This document shows positions 25,640 to 38,798 of a stretch of 64,000 nucleotides of DNA, one piece after another. The stretch is from Lama guanicoe (Eukaryota). The stretch is from the NCBI GenBank assembly GCA_013239625.1, contig MU053810.1:4496071-4560070 (forward strand), read 5' to 3'. Below the pieces are notes generated by a model that was not told the DNA's origin, did not search any database, and was given only the letters and a program-made list of their open reading frames with translations. A program made the position numbers and the translations under genes. The stretch's first letter is position 1; the number at the start of each line of letters is the position of its first letter.

Positions 25640-25970
25640 CAATCTCTCATTTCAGGGCCTTTGCGTTTGGGAGTCATTTAGGTCCAGTTCAATGATCTCC
25701 CCTTCAGATACACCTTCTCCAGCCAACAGTCATCAGGAGAGGTCTTGCGATCATTCTACCCTGATTTTACGGTCTCAGAGCATTTTGCGCTGTCTAAAGT
25801 CCTCTTGCTGGCATCCCTGCTTGAGATGTTCACCTACAACAGAATGTAAACCGAAAGAGGTACCACCAGCTGTTCTGTTTGCTGCTGTATCTCTAGTGCC
25901 TCCAACAGTTAGTTCCCAGCACAGACAGAGCAGGCACTCAAGAAATACTTGTTAAATGGATGAACAAATT
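25640..25970 (+). mobile_element. L2 LINE 3' fragment
   Basis: cagggcctttgc...gctgctgtatctctagtgcc...aggcactcaagaaatacttgttaaatggatgaa is an L2 3' terminus. Confidence 0.6.
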
Positions 25971-27337
25971 GATCAGTCTGGAAAGGCTTGTGGCTTGATG
26001 GAGGCGAGTTTCAGGAGACGTTTGGATAGTGGTATAAAAGTATCAGCTGGGCCTTTTTCCTGTTCCCTTGGAATCTGTAACTAAGGACTGAACCTGAGAA
26101 CACAGAGACTTCAAGTTTCCCACACACCAAAGATAATCCCCAACAAAGGAGAGCAGACACCATCCCTAAGGCTTCAAGAAGAACAGGCCTGGCTACTAGA
26201 ACCAAAAACTGTGTCCCAGGAAGGGGAGAAGAGGAGAGAAGTGTTTCCCAGAGTAACTGGGACCACTCTGTGAATGCATACAGAAGCCTCTCCCTTGGGG
26301 ACAGGAAAGATGCTATTCCCTTCTTAAAACCAAGGGAAGATTGACTTGGAAGAGAAGGGTGCTGGCCAGAGGGGAAGACTGGCACCTCTCTTGCTGGCTG
26401 GACATTTGCTTTGGTGTCAGGCCAGCCAGTCAGCTCCTGTGCCTTGGTGCCCTGGGGAAAGGAAATAGGAGAAAGATGGCAGAGCAAAGCAGAGAAAAGA
26501 ACTGACCATGACGACAATGGTGCTTACAGGGTTGGGGTGGCAAGGATGGATGAGATTCTTGCATGGACCATGGGCTGGCTGGCGCCATCTTGAAAGTTCC
26601 CACTAGCAGAGAAGGCTCCCAAGTTTCCGAGAGGATGCATGTATGGGGCTGGGAGTTGGGATGGGGGCAGAGATAGAGGGATGCTGCTGGTAGTGGGAGC
26701 TGTGTGGAGAGGTTGAACAATGATCTGATCTCCCATCTATCTCCAGGAGCTATGTAGACCGTGCCATGTCCAGCAGAAATTTCAGTCAGGCACCCAAGAG
26801 CCACATTTAGATCCTGTCCCACAGTAGATGCATCAGTGTTAGCCCAAGAAGCAAAGAAAACCACCCAGGGAGCTTTCCCCTGATCCCTCCTTGCTGCCCC
26901 CAAACCCACCGGGAGTCAGATAGAGGAGGGAGGAGGCATGGAAGAGCCCAGAGACAGACCATGTCCTGTTCATGTCGGGTATCCCTAGAGCTGCAGCCCA
27001 GCTTGTGTCAGGGGACAGAAGAAGAGATTTAAAGTGCAAACAAGATTGGAGTTTTAAACTGGCCTGGACTTTTTCATAATGGAAAGTGACCAGAAGTCAA
27101 CAGGATCTAGTCGAGTTGTCATTAAGTGAGTGTGACAGAGCATGGTTTCCCCCAGGAGCTGGGAAAACTTAATTAATTAAGCCATTTATGTTTCCAGCAC
27201 TGAGCACGAAATATCCAATCACCTGGTCATAGCAAGAAAAGACATTTCGATGGAACTTTAGTAAGCAAGTTTCTCAAGCATTTGCTTTTTCTTTGGGTGA
27301 AGCATTGCTGCTGTTTGTCAGAGGGCCAGGTGACAAG

Positions 27338-27421
27338 ACTGTTCATAAAATCCATGATTCAGGACCCACCGTTTAGCACTGTTCATAAAATCCATGATTC
27401 AGGACCCACCGTTTAGCACTG
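27338..27421. repeat. Perfect 40-bp tandem duplication (2 copies plus 4 bp)
   Basis: actgttcataaaatccatgattcaggacccaccgtttagc at 27338-27377 and 27378-27417, followed by actg. Confidence 0.97.
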
Positions 27422-28096
27422 CAGGGTCAACCACTCTTCCCCTCCCCAGGAGAGGACTAAATGCTAATTTTGTGAAAATCATTTTCCTGTCACTTTAAAA
27501 GACTTTTTTTTTTAGACTTTTGGGCAAATCATTTTTAAAGTGTCAAAGATACTTTTTACTAAAACAGAGTGGCTAGAGAAAAACACCACCTTCCTTCCCT
27601 CCTTCTTTGATAAATAAATCACCAGGAAAACCCATCAGGCTGTTCCCGAATGGGGGGCTGTCCTGGGAAGGCATTTCCTGTTGCTGCTGACAGCTAGTAC
27701 AAGGGACAGACCTCCTGAGATCATGTGCGTAAGACCGGGGTCGGAAGGACCAGTTCGGTGGTAGTTAGCTGGAGGAGAAGATTTTTGGAAAGGAATGACG
27801 GTGGAGTAAGTTAAAAGTTAAGTGTATAGTTTGGGGGTTTTACGTAACCTGTTTTTAAAAGGAAAAAACAATTGTTGACTGGTTTTTAAAGAATCAGAAA
27901 ACGCACTTTCTTTAAAAGAAGGGGGAAAGGTATCTAATGACAGTAAACTGGTGAAAGTCCATCTTGCTTGGACCTGTCTAATCTCTGTTTTATGATGACT
28001 CTGCTTCCAAGAAGCCTTTTCATCTTCCTGATAAAAAGCACTGAGTAACACACTAACACCTATGAGAGATATTAGAAAGGCTGTGTGTATGCACAA

Positions 28097-28122
<26 letters not shown>
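28097..28122. repeat. (GT)13 microsatellite
   Basis: Uninterrupted GT run. Confidence 0.9.
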
Positions 28123-28127
<5 letters not shown>

Positions 28128-28577
28128 GCTTTAGATGTAACAAAAATGTGAAGCAAAGCAATGTCCTGTAGGTGTCCTTTTTGGAATTTTGTGGGAGTCA
28201 AAAACTTTGTCATGGTATTTGTGAAGCTGTTGATTAACCGCCAAAACTCAAGGTGTCTTTATTTTTCCCTCAGTTTATACATCCTGTGAGAAACCTCGCC
28301 TGAGATGGAGGAGCCGAGCCCCTGACCCTCTCTGGCAGCTGGGGGTGGGGATCCTGTAAGGGGCCAGGCGCATACCCTCTCACCCCCCAGGGGCCTGAGG
28401 CTTGGTCCGCCTTTGCCCAACGCTGACAACTGTGAACTCCTCACTGGCCTCCCATTGTTTGATTATATCTGTCAACAAACCCCTGTCCTCACTGACCCTC
28501 ACACAAAACCAATATTTTCTACTAATCATTTAGACCAAGTAGAGAAATTATGTTTTATCTCCTTTGACAATGGCCAT

Positions 28578-29108
28578 CTTTGTTTTTTCATCTATACAAA
28601 TTTTAAAAATTTTTTTATTGAAGTTTAGTTGATCTGCCAATGTTATATTAGTCTCTAATGTACAGTGTGGTGATTCAGTTATACATATATGTCTACTCTT
28701 TTTCATATTCTTTTTTATATATATTCTTTTTCATAATTCTTTTTCATAACCTGTAATAGGTTACTATAAGATATTGAATATAGTTCCCTGTGCTATATGG
28801 AAGAAATTTGGTTTTTATCTATTTTATATATAGTAATTAATATTTACAAATTTTGCACTCCCAGTGTATCCGTCCTCACCCCCTTTCCCCTTCGGTAACC
28901 GTAAGTTTATTTTCTATATCTGTGAGTTTCTGTTTTGTAAATAAGTTCACTTGTATAATATTTTTTAGATTCCACATGGAAGTGACATCATATGATATTT
29001 ATCTTTTTCTGTCTGACTTACTTCACTTAGTATGATCATACTCTAGGTCCATCCATGTTGCTGCAAATGTCATTACCTCATTCTTTTTTGTGCCTCAGTC
29101 TTATTCCA
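28578..29108 (-). mobile_element. 5'-truncated LINE-1 (cetartiodactyl-type 3' end)
   Basis: T-rich tail, then ttgaagtttagttgat...gttccctgtgctata...tctgacttacttcacttagtatgat...tccatgttgctgcaaatg. TSD gacaatggccat (28566-28577) / gacaactgccat (29109-29120), 10/12 identical. Confidence 0.88.
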
Positions 29109-29589
29109 GACAACTGCCATTATTAGAGGATGTTGAAGGTACTGTGTTGAGAAGGATTCCAAGCAGGCTTCTGGGCGGGACTCAGTGGTAAAGAGGAATG
29201 TGATGGGTGGGAAAAGTCCTGGAGCAGAGAGTGGTAACCTATTTACAAAACATCATCTTCCCTGATCTAAGCATTGTGTCTTCCTTTAAACCCTTGACTT
29301 GTGCTGATGGAGGGACCATCAGGATCCTGATTCTAGAAGATACTCCTTTCTCAGACTGCTGCTGAATCTAACCCTTGGAGTCTCTAGGGACATGTGACAC
29401 AGAAACCTAAAAATTGTAAGATTTGAATTACTAGTAATGGTAGTAATAAAACTGTGTAATAATAATAATAGTTATGAAAATGATGCCCATCAATAATTAA
29501 ATTTCAGCCAGGTGCTAGGTAATATGGAGGTGTGGGTCTAGCTATAGATAGAGGTATATGATTTCCAACCCTTAAAGCCTAGTTATAAG

Positions 29590-29720
29590 GAGGGAATTCG
29601 TGTTTTTACTGATGAAGAAACTGAGGCTTGAACAGAGTATGTAACTGGCCCAGGGACGCATGAGCCCATGTGTAGATAGATACGCTGGTTTTCAGTCCTG
29701 AGTTTTTCTGCCTAGAGCAC
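29590..29720 (-). mobile_element. MIR fragment
   Basis: ttttactgatgaagaaactgaggcttgaacagagtatgtaactggcccaggg. Confidence 0.6.
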
Positions 29721-30559
29721 CGCCTCCTTCGAAAGAAAACTCAGCAGAAGCTGAGATGTTGCAGGCCGTTTCCTCGGGGCGGTGGAGACCTTTTGTGGAG
29801 GGGAGGGGACGGGGCCAAGTTTCTCCCAGCATGGGATCCCTGCATTTTCTTTTTTAAAAGAAACATGACAGACTGAATAGCTGATTCTGAAAAAATTACG
29901 TTCCTTTCCTTATGGTAAAGGGAGGTGGGGAGAAAGAGCGGGCTCGCCAGTCCATCGGAGGATTTTCTGACACCCCCCGGCAGCAGCCGAAGGCGCCGGC
30001 CCCATTCAGCGCCGGCCCTGAGCCAGTCCCGGGCTTTCCTGGCCGCTGCCTGACGTTATCAGCCTTCCCATGCCTGAGCCTCCAAGGACACCTGCATTAC
30101 CAGAGCACCCCCCCTCTCAGTTCCTGGAGACATTCTTCTTCTTTTAAGAAAAAAAAAACCAAAAAACCGAAACCGAAACGAAACGAAAAAGCCTAAAGAG
30201 GCCATTTTTCATCTGGGCCAGCAGGCAGCGGCTTGCAAGGTGTGTCTAAGCCCGCTCTAGGGGATGCCTGACAAGCACACGATCCAGGGGCTGGAGGAAC
30301 ATAACTCAGGAGATTGCAGCTGCCAGCAGGGCCTGGTGAACCAGGCCGGAAGGTTGGCCACTCTGATGAGCTTAGTTAACTCTTCAGATTCATGAGCTAC
30401 AACAGCATTTCCAAAGACCCTCAGCATATTGAATTTTTGTGCTGTGGCCACTATTATTCTTGTTTATTTACCTTTAAATGACCAAGGGCATTAAAACTCA
30501 GAGCTTTGGGGCAGGAAGTCTCTCAATGAATACGCTATCACCTCTCGTCATCACTTGGC

Positions 30560-31050
30560 ATGACATTTACAAGTCCCCTAATGGTTTGGCTGATGCCAGA
30601 CCTTCCAGACCAGTTCTGCCCCCTCCCCTTTGTTCCCTCTGCCCTGGTCTCTGCTAGAGATTTCCGTGGTGCTCCCCATACTTGTCAGACATGCTTTGCC
30701 TCCAGATGTTTGCCTGTGTTTGCTTTTCCTTCTACCTGGAACATTTTCCCTCTAGGTACCTGCATGACTCTCTCCACTGCCTCGTTTAAGTACCCAGAGC
30801 ATTGGTATTACGCCATCAGAGACACCTTCCCTCATCTCCAGCCCCCATCCCCCAAATAACACTGTCACCATTCTCTACCCTTTATCCTGCTCTGTGCCTT
30901 GCTTCTCTGCATTTATCAGTCTTCGTCTGCTGTTGCCTGTGCCACCAGAGGGCTAGCTCCGTGAGGATGGGGAATTAATTTTGTTCCCCACTGTATCCTA
31001 ATGCCTAGTAGTTACGTATTAAATCCAAAAAGCCATGAGGAATGAATGAA
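30560..31050 (+). mobile_element. L2 LINE 3' fragment
   Basis: Pyrimidine-rich L2 body ending ttgttccccactgtatcctaatgcctag...ggaatgaatgaa. Confidence 0.6.
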
Positions 31051-32859
31051 GGAACTATAGGTCTGGAGAAGACTGAGTGGTGGCACTCAGTCTGCAAGTC
31101 AGGCAGATTTTACTGAGCACTTAACCTGTCCCAGGGTTCGCTGTGCCAGGGGCAGGCAGCCTAGGTGGCCCGGACTCTTCCAAGGGAGAGGGTGCTTCTC
31201 TTAGAGAGATGGGGTACGTTTCTCTCCTCATTTTGGTCACCATCTTATTTTCATGGCAGCCCATCCATGGTACTTCTGACCCTGAGCAATTTCTGGGAGA
31301 TTAAAGTACCCAACACTCATAAAACAGAAAAAATCTAAGCTCACTACCTTACTGCTTTGGAAGATCACTTACTAATATTCAAAAAGCTTTAAGGGGTTGT
31401 TTTCCCAGAAAGAAGCTCTACTTAATAGCAGACGTTGAATATATTACAGCAATCCATCTCTGCCAACCACAGAAAATGAACAGACTTTGTCCCAGCATAG
31501 AGACTGGGGGGTCTGATTATCTATCTATGTTCATACTTCATACAAAACCCCAAACTAAGTTAAGTGCTAGTTTGTTTCTGTTCTAAATACAGCAGCATCG
31601 GAAAGACTTTATTCCACATTCCGTACTTTGCATTATTTGCTGCTCTGTGCCTGGTGGCACTGTGAGACGTCAGAGCAGGGAAATAAGAGTTGCTTCTGAA
31701 AGCGGGAAAGGAAGGTGGGAGTCCCAGGGGGAACTGGCCTTTGTGTTTGATGAATGAGTCTTTTTCGGGTATCTCTGTTCTTTGGTTTTTAAAGGAAACA
31801 GAGACACTCTCCCATCTGTTCCCAAGTCCACTGTGTGAAAATTTGCCTCATTTGGGGACTCCATTATTTTCCTGGCTGTGAAATGGAGAGTGACTGGGGT
31901 TTGCAGGAATGTGCTGTCTGGAGGCGTTCCCAGAGGAGGCTCTTCCTTGGCCACCTTCCTCCTGCTACGGTCTGGGGATGAGCACTCAGGAAATAAGCCC
32001 AGGTTCCATGGTAGGGAGAGGACAGAGGCAGTGGTGAATGGATACAGTGGTCAAAACACCTGCCCACTTCAGACTTCTTGTTCACACCCTTAACCACCTC
32101 TACTGCTGTATATAACAAAAGACTGAAGTTGTCACCATCCTTTCTATTCTGAATTGACCAAAGTTATGCTTATCTAACAGATGCCCTAAAAATTTGTCTA
32201 CAAGTTTTGAAAGTTAGAAAAAAAATTCTTAAATAGTGTAGTTTGGAGCTTCATGTCCTCTGGTTCTTCTCACTATAAAATTGCCTTGAAGGAGATCCCA
32301 GATGATAGTGTTCATGGAAAAGCGAAGTTCTGATGTAATTTTCTGAACATCATCCTTTCTCTAAGCTGCATCAGCAAAACTGAGCCTTACCAACCCACTT
32401 AGGACAGCTAAAAGCCTAGATGGACAGGACCAATTTGCCAAGAACAAACAAGGCATAAAGCACTTCATTCGCTCGGAGACTACATTCCATTAGAATTTCA
32501 GAATTATCCTTAGCCAAATTAGGTACATTCCAATGTGAGTGCTCAGAGTGAAAGGTTTATCACTGCCATCTTCATCACTGTCATCATCACCTTCATCATC
32601 ATTTTATAGTGAGCTTATAACACCAAAATGACAAGACAAGCTCCAAGAAACACTTTTGTTGAAAATATCTCATGAATAGCGGGTGTAGCATGCCTGGAAG
32701 GGACCTCACTGGTCTAGGTATTTACGAAGAGCTCAGAAGTGCTTTTTAAATAAATGATTGTAAAACAAACTTTAATAAAAAGCATTTAAACTATTGAAAA
32801 TAAAATGCTGTTTTCCCTTCAATAATGATGATCAACATCATAAATCAAATCATAGCAAA

Positions 32860-33080
32860 TAGCTGGAAGTTATTGAAGACTTCCTACCAACCAGGAGCCA
32901 TGGGGAGCAGTTTGCATGCATTGTTTTAATTTAATCCTCACAACACCCTCTGAGCTTGGTGCTGGTTTTATCCCCATTTTTCTAAAGAGGAAACTGAGGC
33001 TTAGAGAGAGCAAATGACTTGACAAAAGTCATATAGCTGGTAAGTGATGGAACCAGAATTGAAACCCAGAAGTGTTGGTT
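32860..33080 (-). mobile_element. MIR SINE
   Basis: atttaatcctcacaacaccct...gaggaaactgaggcttagagag...tgacttgacaaaagtcatatagctggtaagtgatggaaccagaattgaaaccc. Confidence 0.8.
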
Positions 33081-33419
33081 GGCTACTGTACTGAGTGTGT
33101 ATTTCACACAGACTGGTAGAGGGGAAAATTGAGTAAATTTGACATTCTGGGTTTCTAATGAGAGAGCAGCTCTTTGAATGGGAATGGGGGCTAAGGGTTT
33201 GTTGTGACTTGCCCTGAAGTGGTGAACAAGGAGAAAAGTTTTAAAGGAAAAGCTGTTCAATAATTTGTCTTTCCTACAGGAGCTGTTTTCCTAGTCCCAC
33301 TATGCCAAGAAGGTGTTCTTTCATGTCCAGATTCATAGAGGCAGGATAGATAGATAGCCTGCTCCAGGATTCTGAGATGACAGCTCTGTCAGAATTTTGA
33401 GAAATAGTTTTTGTAATTC

Positions 33420-33662
33420 TTAGGAGTGCAAAACCTGGAGCCAAACTCTCTGGGCTCCAGTTCTGACCTTAATATGTACTTGCTGTGTGACTTTGGAAAA
33501 GTTAGTCAGCCACCCTGTGCTTCCGTTTTCTCATCTGTAGAACTGAGACAGTAATAGCACCTATTTCAGTGAGCTTTTGTGAGGATTTAATGAGTCAACA
33601 TTTTCCCAGTGGGTAGCACATACCAGGCACATAGTAAGCACTTTATAAATGTTGGCTATTAC
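33420..33662 (+). mobile_element. Near full-length MIR SINE
   Basis: ctggagccaaactctctggg...gctgtgtgactttggaaaagttag...ttttctcatctgta...gtgaggatttaatgag...ggcacatagtaagcactttataaatgttggctatt. Confidence 0.85.
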
Positions 33663-35751
33663 TCCTGCCTACATTGGATTAGCCCTTGTTTAAGGCCCGA
33701 GAGATGCCCAAAGAGTTCAGTACTGTTTATGATTCCCTGTCTGTCCACAAGTTCAAACTCAGAATCTCCATGCATCCTGTTCTTAAAGGTGTTCAGGGTC
33801 TTTTTAGTCACATCTGTTTTCTCCCTTTGACTTCATGCTTCAGACCCATTCTCATCTTTCTGGCTTGTTCTTAAATGAACCATGAACTTTTCCTTTGTTT
33901 TGCCTCCACATTAGGAAGTTTCTGTGAAGTTAATTAACAAGCTGATTCACAGGGGTGTAATACTCAAAAGTTAAAGGAACTTCTTAGATGATACAATTGT
34001 TACATATTCTAAGGATTCAGTTTCTAAACTGGCCTGGTTCAACCCTCTGTCTAAAAGGATGATTCAACTTTATCGTATTAAAATATTCTGTAGACACTCC
34101 GGGTGGAAATTGATTCTAAAAGTAGAACTTTTCCTAGATAATTCTAAACTTTAAGAAGCTTAGAATATGGCCTGGTGCATAGGAAATGCTTAATAAATAT
34201 GAACCAGATTATTAATATCAATGTTGGTATTAGTTTAACTCAAGTCTTCTGCCTCCCAAGCCTGTGACTACAAGGCAGTCAATCACCTTTTTAATTTCCA
34301 GTTGTGAAGCCTGAGCTGCATCGATTTGTCATGAGATTACCAACGTCCATGTGCCCCTCGGTCATTTCTGAACACCCTGTCGGGGCTTTCTGGCACCCTC
34401 AGGACCACATCCCTTGAGACATCCGTCGTGTTTTACTAGTTGTGGCCACCATGGCCTCAGAGTTAGTAGCTCGCCATGGAAATGTCCCATCTCTGGGGCT
34501 GATTGTTTTCTGCAAGGTCAGCTGTCAGGCCTACTGCTCCCCTGCCTCTGAAGAACAGACTTGGGGCCCAGCAGGGGCAGGACCTCACTGTGAATGGAGA
34601 CAGGCTTCCCGGACTTTCTGTGCAGATGGAAGGGCAGTTCCAGGTGGAGCACGAGTTACTGTTACTACTCCTGCTCAGAATCCCGAGACCAGGGCCCTTC
34701 CAGGTCAGCCAGCTCTGGGCTTGTTGCCTTGTGACCAGGCCAGCTCACCCCTCATCACAGGGTGTGCACCAGGCATTTCCTTATCACAGAGTCCATGCCA
34801 AACCAGTGCCAGAGCCTAGGAGAGAGGAAGGCACCCCCCTTTCCCCACCATCACCCACTCCATCACACGCTTGCACCCACACGCACATCCACACACCCAA
34901 TTTCCTATCACAGAAGGTGATTCTTCCAGGAGACTGAAGAGCAAGGATCGCATTTCCTATGCAGGGAAACCACATCCTCCTAACCAGAGGGTGTTCTTGC
35001 CTCTTCCAAGCAAACAATTTACTTGAGAATGTGTTGTTTCAAACTAGTGCATTTGGGACTAGGGCTCTGCTACAATGTTTACGTTACATACTCAGACCAC
35101 TTAACATCTCAGTCTGAAACACCTGCATGTGGACACTTCTTTAGTGGTACATTTTTGTCTTTCTCTTGTTTACATTTCATTGATTAAAAAACCTGTTGCC
35201 TGCCCCCAAATTTAAATTCAAGTCTCTACTCTAGGGCTCTATAAACTGCTTATAACTTTAATTGATTAAGTTAATTTAAGTTTTAAAGCTTAGTGTATAA
35301 TCCCAGGGACTCCGTTTGGAAAGGACAAAAAATATGTCTGTGCCCGCCCACATGCATACATACACCTGCAGCATAAGTGAAATTAGGGAGAGAATATTGA
35401 GGATCTGATGTGATATCCTTTTAGAAGGAGCCACTACAAACTTGTTCGCAGAGAGACAGGTTAGCAGGCTCTTCCGACAGTTTACCTGGGAGGAGATGGT
35501 GATTTCAACAAGGTGGGAGCAGTGGTGGAGGGGGAAGGAGATGCATTTGGGACATATTTTTAAGGTAGAACTAAAAGATTTTACTGTGTAAATTGGATAC
35601 GGGATGCTGGGGTGGAGGGAGTGATTTTTGTAGAATATTATTCAGCCATGAAAAAGAAGGAAATTCCTCCCTAATAACTTTACTGGGAGAAAAGGCTCAC
35701 AGGTATCCTACAGGAAACTCTTATAAGATCAGATGGGTCTGTTTGGAACCG

Positions 35752-36350
35752 TTCTGGGTTGTATTCTGTACCCCAAAGGGATATGTTGAAGTCGTAACTC
35801 CGTCCATACCGGTGACTATGACCCTATTTGGAAATGTGGTTTTGTAGATGTAATCAGGTTGAGATGTGGTGATACCGGAGTACAGGGGGCCCTAATTAAA
35901 TGTGACTGGTGTTCTTACAACAAGCGTTAAACTGGGTTGGGGGAGGGTAGAGCTCAGTGATAGAGTGCATGCTTGGTATGCACAAGGTCTTGGGTTCAAT
36001 CCCCAGTACCTCCATTATCAATAAAAACAAAGAAACAAGCAAGCAAACCTAATTCCCCACCACCAACAACAAAAATAAATGAATAAATTAAAAAAAAAAA
36101 AGGAGTAAAATTTGGACACAGACAGATGCAAGGGAAGATGGCCATTTGCAGCCTGGCAAGACAGGCTCGTGGCTACGAGAAGCCGGAATAGTGAGGACGG
36201 ATTCTCCCTGAGGGGCGGAAGGATTGTTGCACTTGCTGACAACTTGATTTCAGATTTTTAGCCTCCGGAAGCATGAAAAAGTACATTTCTCTTGTTCTAA
36301 GCCACCCAGTTCTCTGTAACTTGTCACCGAAGCCTCGGGAAACTAATATA
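35752..36350 (+). mobile_element. MaLR LTR (MLT1B/C-like) interrupted by a SINE
   Basis: gatatgttgaagtcgtaac...tgaccctatttggaaatgtggttttgtagatgtaatc at the 5' end; ttgttctaagccacccagtt...ggaaactaatata at the 3' end. Confidence 0.8.
35939..36101 (+). mobile_element. tRNA-Ala-derived SINE (camelid Vic-1 type), long-tail form
   Basis: gggggagggtagagctcagtgatagagtgcatgcttggtatgcacaaggtcttgggttcaatccccagtacctcc followed by an A-rich tail containing aaacctaattccccc. Confidence 0.9.
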
Positions 36351-37119
36351 AGAACTAAAGACATTTTTGACATGACACATATATATGTTGATCTGTGTAA
36401 CAGAAGGGTTTTACTACACTTACAAATGTCGAAAAGGATGGCATTTAAAAAAAAAAAACTCAACTCAGACAAAAAAGGCAAAAATCCAAATCAGTGCCCA
36501 TATTTATTTTTTCCCTGAGTCATTAAACAAATTTAAAGTGGTGGTGGAGGCTAGCTTCCCTTGATTTCCAGTGAATAGTGTTGATGAGTAAGGACCATTA
36601 GATCTCTCAGAAATTGCCCCGTAAAGCAAAATCTGAGTGCTGTGTTTACTAAAGTGATGCCATATGTTGGTTGATTAACAAGTTGTCAGAATATTAGAAC
36701 TTCTTGGCTGATTGCAAGGAGCATCTGTTTGCTGAATCTTTTATCCAATGTGTGTATGGATATCACCAGGTTTGGCGCTTTTCCTAAATATCAGATATAA
36801 ATTTTTGCAGTATTTAGTCTTCAGAGAGTAACAATACGGACTGCTGGGGTTTAAGATGTTTATTCTCAGGAAAACAAATGAAGTGATGCCGAAGAGATGA
36901 AGTATATACTTAAGAGTATTATGCATTATTCATAATTGTTTTATCACTTAACCATCATCTCCTACAATGAATGTTTCCCTGAAGGTCACTTGCATCATAA
37001 TGTAAAGGGGAAAAAAATTAAATCTCCTTTAGAACTGTGTGTTGCTTTACCTGTTAGTAGGATTTAATGATGCCTTCTATTTATAGAGTGACTTATGGTT
37101 TTCGAATGCTGTCACATCG

Positions 37120-37260
37120 GTTGCTCAGAACCCTGTAAAGATGGCAAGAAATCACATCCCCATTTCACAGATGCAGATTCTGCAGTTGAGGTAGATCCAT
37201 CTGGCTTGGAAGTGGTGGAACCAGGACAGAAAGACTAGTCTTTTGAGCTCCATCCCTGAG
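37120..37260 (-). mobile_element. MIR fragment
   Basis: aaccctgtaaagatggc...ccccatttcacagatgcagattctg...aagtggtggaaccagga. Confidence 0.55.
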
Positions 37261-37419
37261 CACCTGCAAATTCCATCCATAGAAGCTGAGGAGCTGGTGA
37301 TGGGTGCTCTGACATGATCCAGTCAGGGTGACATTCTGGAGTTTTCCTTTGTATCTCCCTTGGATGCAGTCAGTCACTACATAATAGACCCTTCCATTCT
37401 AATTCCAGCAAGTAGATTC

Positions 37420-37963
37420 TGTTAAGGGAAAAAAACAAAAAACAAAAAACTTTCCCTCTACCCTCTTAGGCTCAGTACATGGGGGCCTGTGATTTTAAAG
37501 GGCAAAAACAGATTAAGAGGAGAAAAGGCATGTAAATTTTATTAATATTTTACATGCATGAGAGTTTTCCGAAAAGAATTAAAACTCAAAGAAATAGTGA
37601 GACTCGGGGACTTCTTTACCATTTTAACAAAGGCTTTCCTTGTTGGCTTCAAAGGACAATGAATTATGGGAAAGTGACCAGACAATATAAGGGGGAACTA
37701 ACCAAAGAGAAGGGTTATTTTAATAAGGTTTGTTTATGAGGACTCATCTTGGTGCTGACTCTGTCTCCGGGAATAAGAGTTGCTCACCTTCTCCTGGGAC
37801 AGGAACTGGGGACACCTTCACCAAGGGAAGTTTGTGTCCTACCCCCAACAGAGGGAGGGCAGACAGTCTCTCCTGTATCTGCTGTTCCTTAATTGCTTTC
37901 AGCTCAAAATAAACCTCACACCAAAGTGGTGTATTTTAGGGAGGCGGATCCTGATCCCCTTCC
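37420..37963 (-). mobile_element. Solo ERV1-like LTR (copy A)
   Basis: Starts tgttaaggg and ends ctgatccccttcc. TSD attc (37416-37419, 37964-37967). AATAAA on the minus strand near 37540. Colinear with the LTR at 38354-38798. Confidence 0.75.
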
Positions 37964-38353
37964 ATTCCTTTCCACGACCTATCAAAGCAGACATGAAATA
38001 AGTAAGACAGGAAAAAGGAACTCTTCTTATGCTAACTGAATTCAAAGTTAGACTTACCTTTCAGTTTTTTCATTTCCTTTCAACATTCTCGGCGCTCGTG
38101 GTCTTAGAACTAAGTGCTTCCATGACATGATGTATGCGTCACCTTTTCCTTTAGCCTTGATTTTTTTGGTTCTATATTTTTATAACACACATGAAGGCTG
38201 CCTTATGGAGAAGCCTTTTAGTGCTTAAGGAAAATGGAGTATAGCATAAAAAAGAGAGTATTTACTTTTAAACATCCCAAATTTGGGACTTCTATTTAAA
38301 TTTCAAGTCAGTTGTTACTTGGGGAAGTTTCTTCCTGTCATTCTGTTGCTTAA

Positions 38354-38798
38354 TGAAGGGGAAGAAAAGAATTTTTCCTTCTACCAATCTTATGTTCAGT
38401 GACTGGGGTCTGCGAATTAAATTGACAGGAGATAGATTAACAGGTGGAAAAAGATTTGTTTCACATGTATACAAGAAACCGCACATAAAATAATTGAAAC
38501 CCCCTGAAAGCAGTTAGGCCTGGAATCTTATAAATCATTTTAACAAAAGGTGATAAATTGTAGAGACATGACAAGACAGAGGAAAATAGATTTGGGCTTC
38601 TAAGGAGGGTTGATTGTGGGAAGGTAAATATATGGGAGAAACTTATGGGGAATAAGGATTTAGTAAGGTTTGTTCTGTAACCTCAGGTTGTCATTGTCTC
38701 CAGTGATAAGAGGCATCTCCTTGTGCATCTTCTGTTTCTCAGTTGCCTTCAGGTCAGAATAATCCTTAGACCAAAGTGGCATGTTCTGATCCCCTTCA
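38354..38798 (-). mobile_element. Solo ERV1-like LTR (copy B, related to copy A)
   Basis: TGAAGGGG...CCCCTTCA termini with a perfect TSD ttaa (38350-38353, 38799-38802). Shares agattaa, cattttaacaaagg, taaggtttgtt, ccaaagtgg and ctgatccccttc blocks with copy A. Confidence 0.85.

Noticed and set aside
26011..26909. 168-aa and 159-aa minus-strand ORFs (similarly 34442-34937, 48721-49885, 57626-59044)
   Set aside because: No recognisable domain or splice structure, and many start at non-ATG codons; expected by chance in 64 kb.
27338..27421. CRISPR-like repeat
   Set aside because: Two abutting copies with no spacer, in mammalian DNA; a simple tandem duplication.
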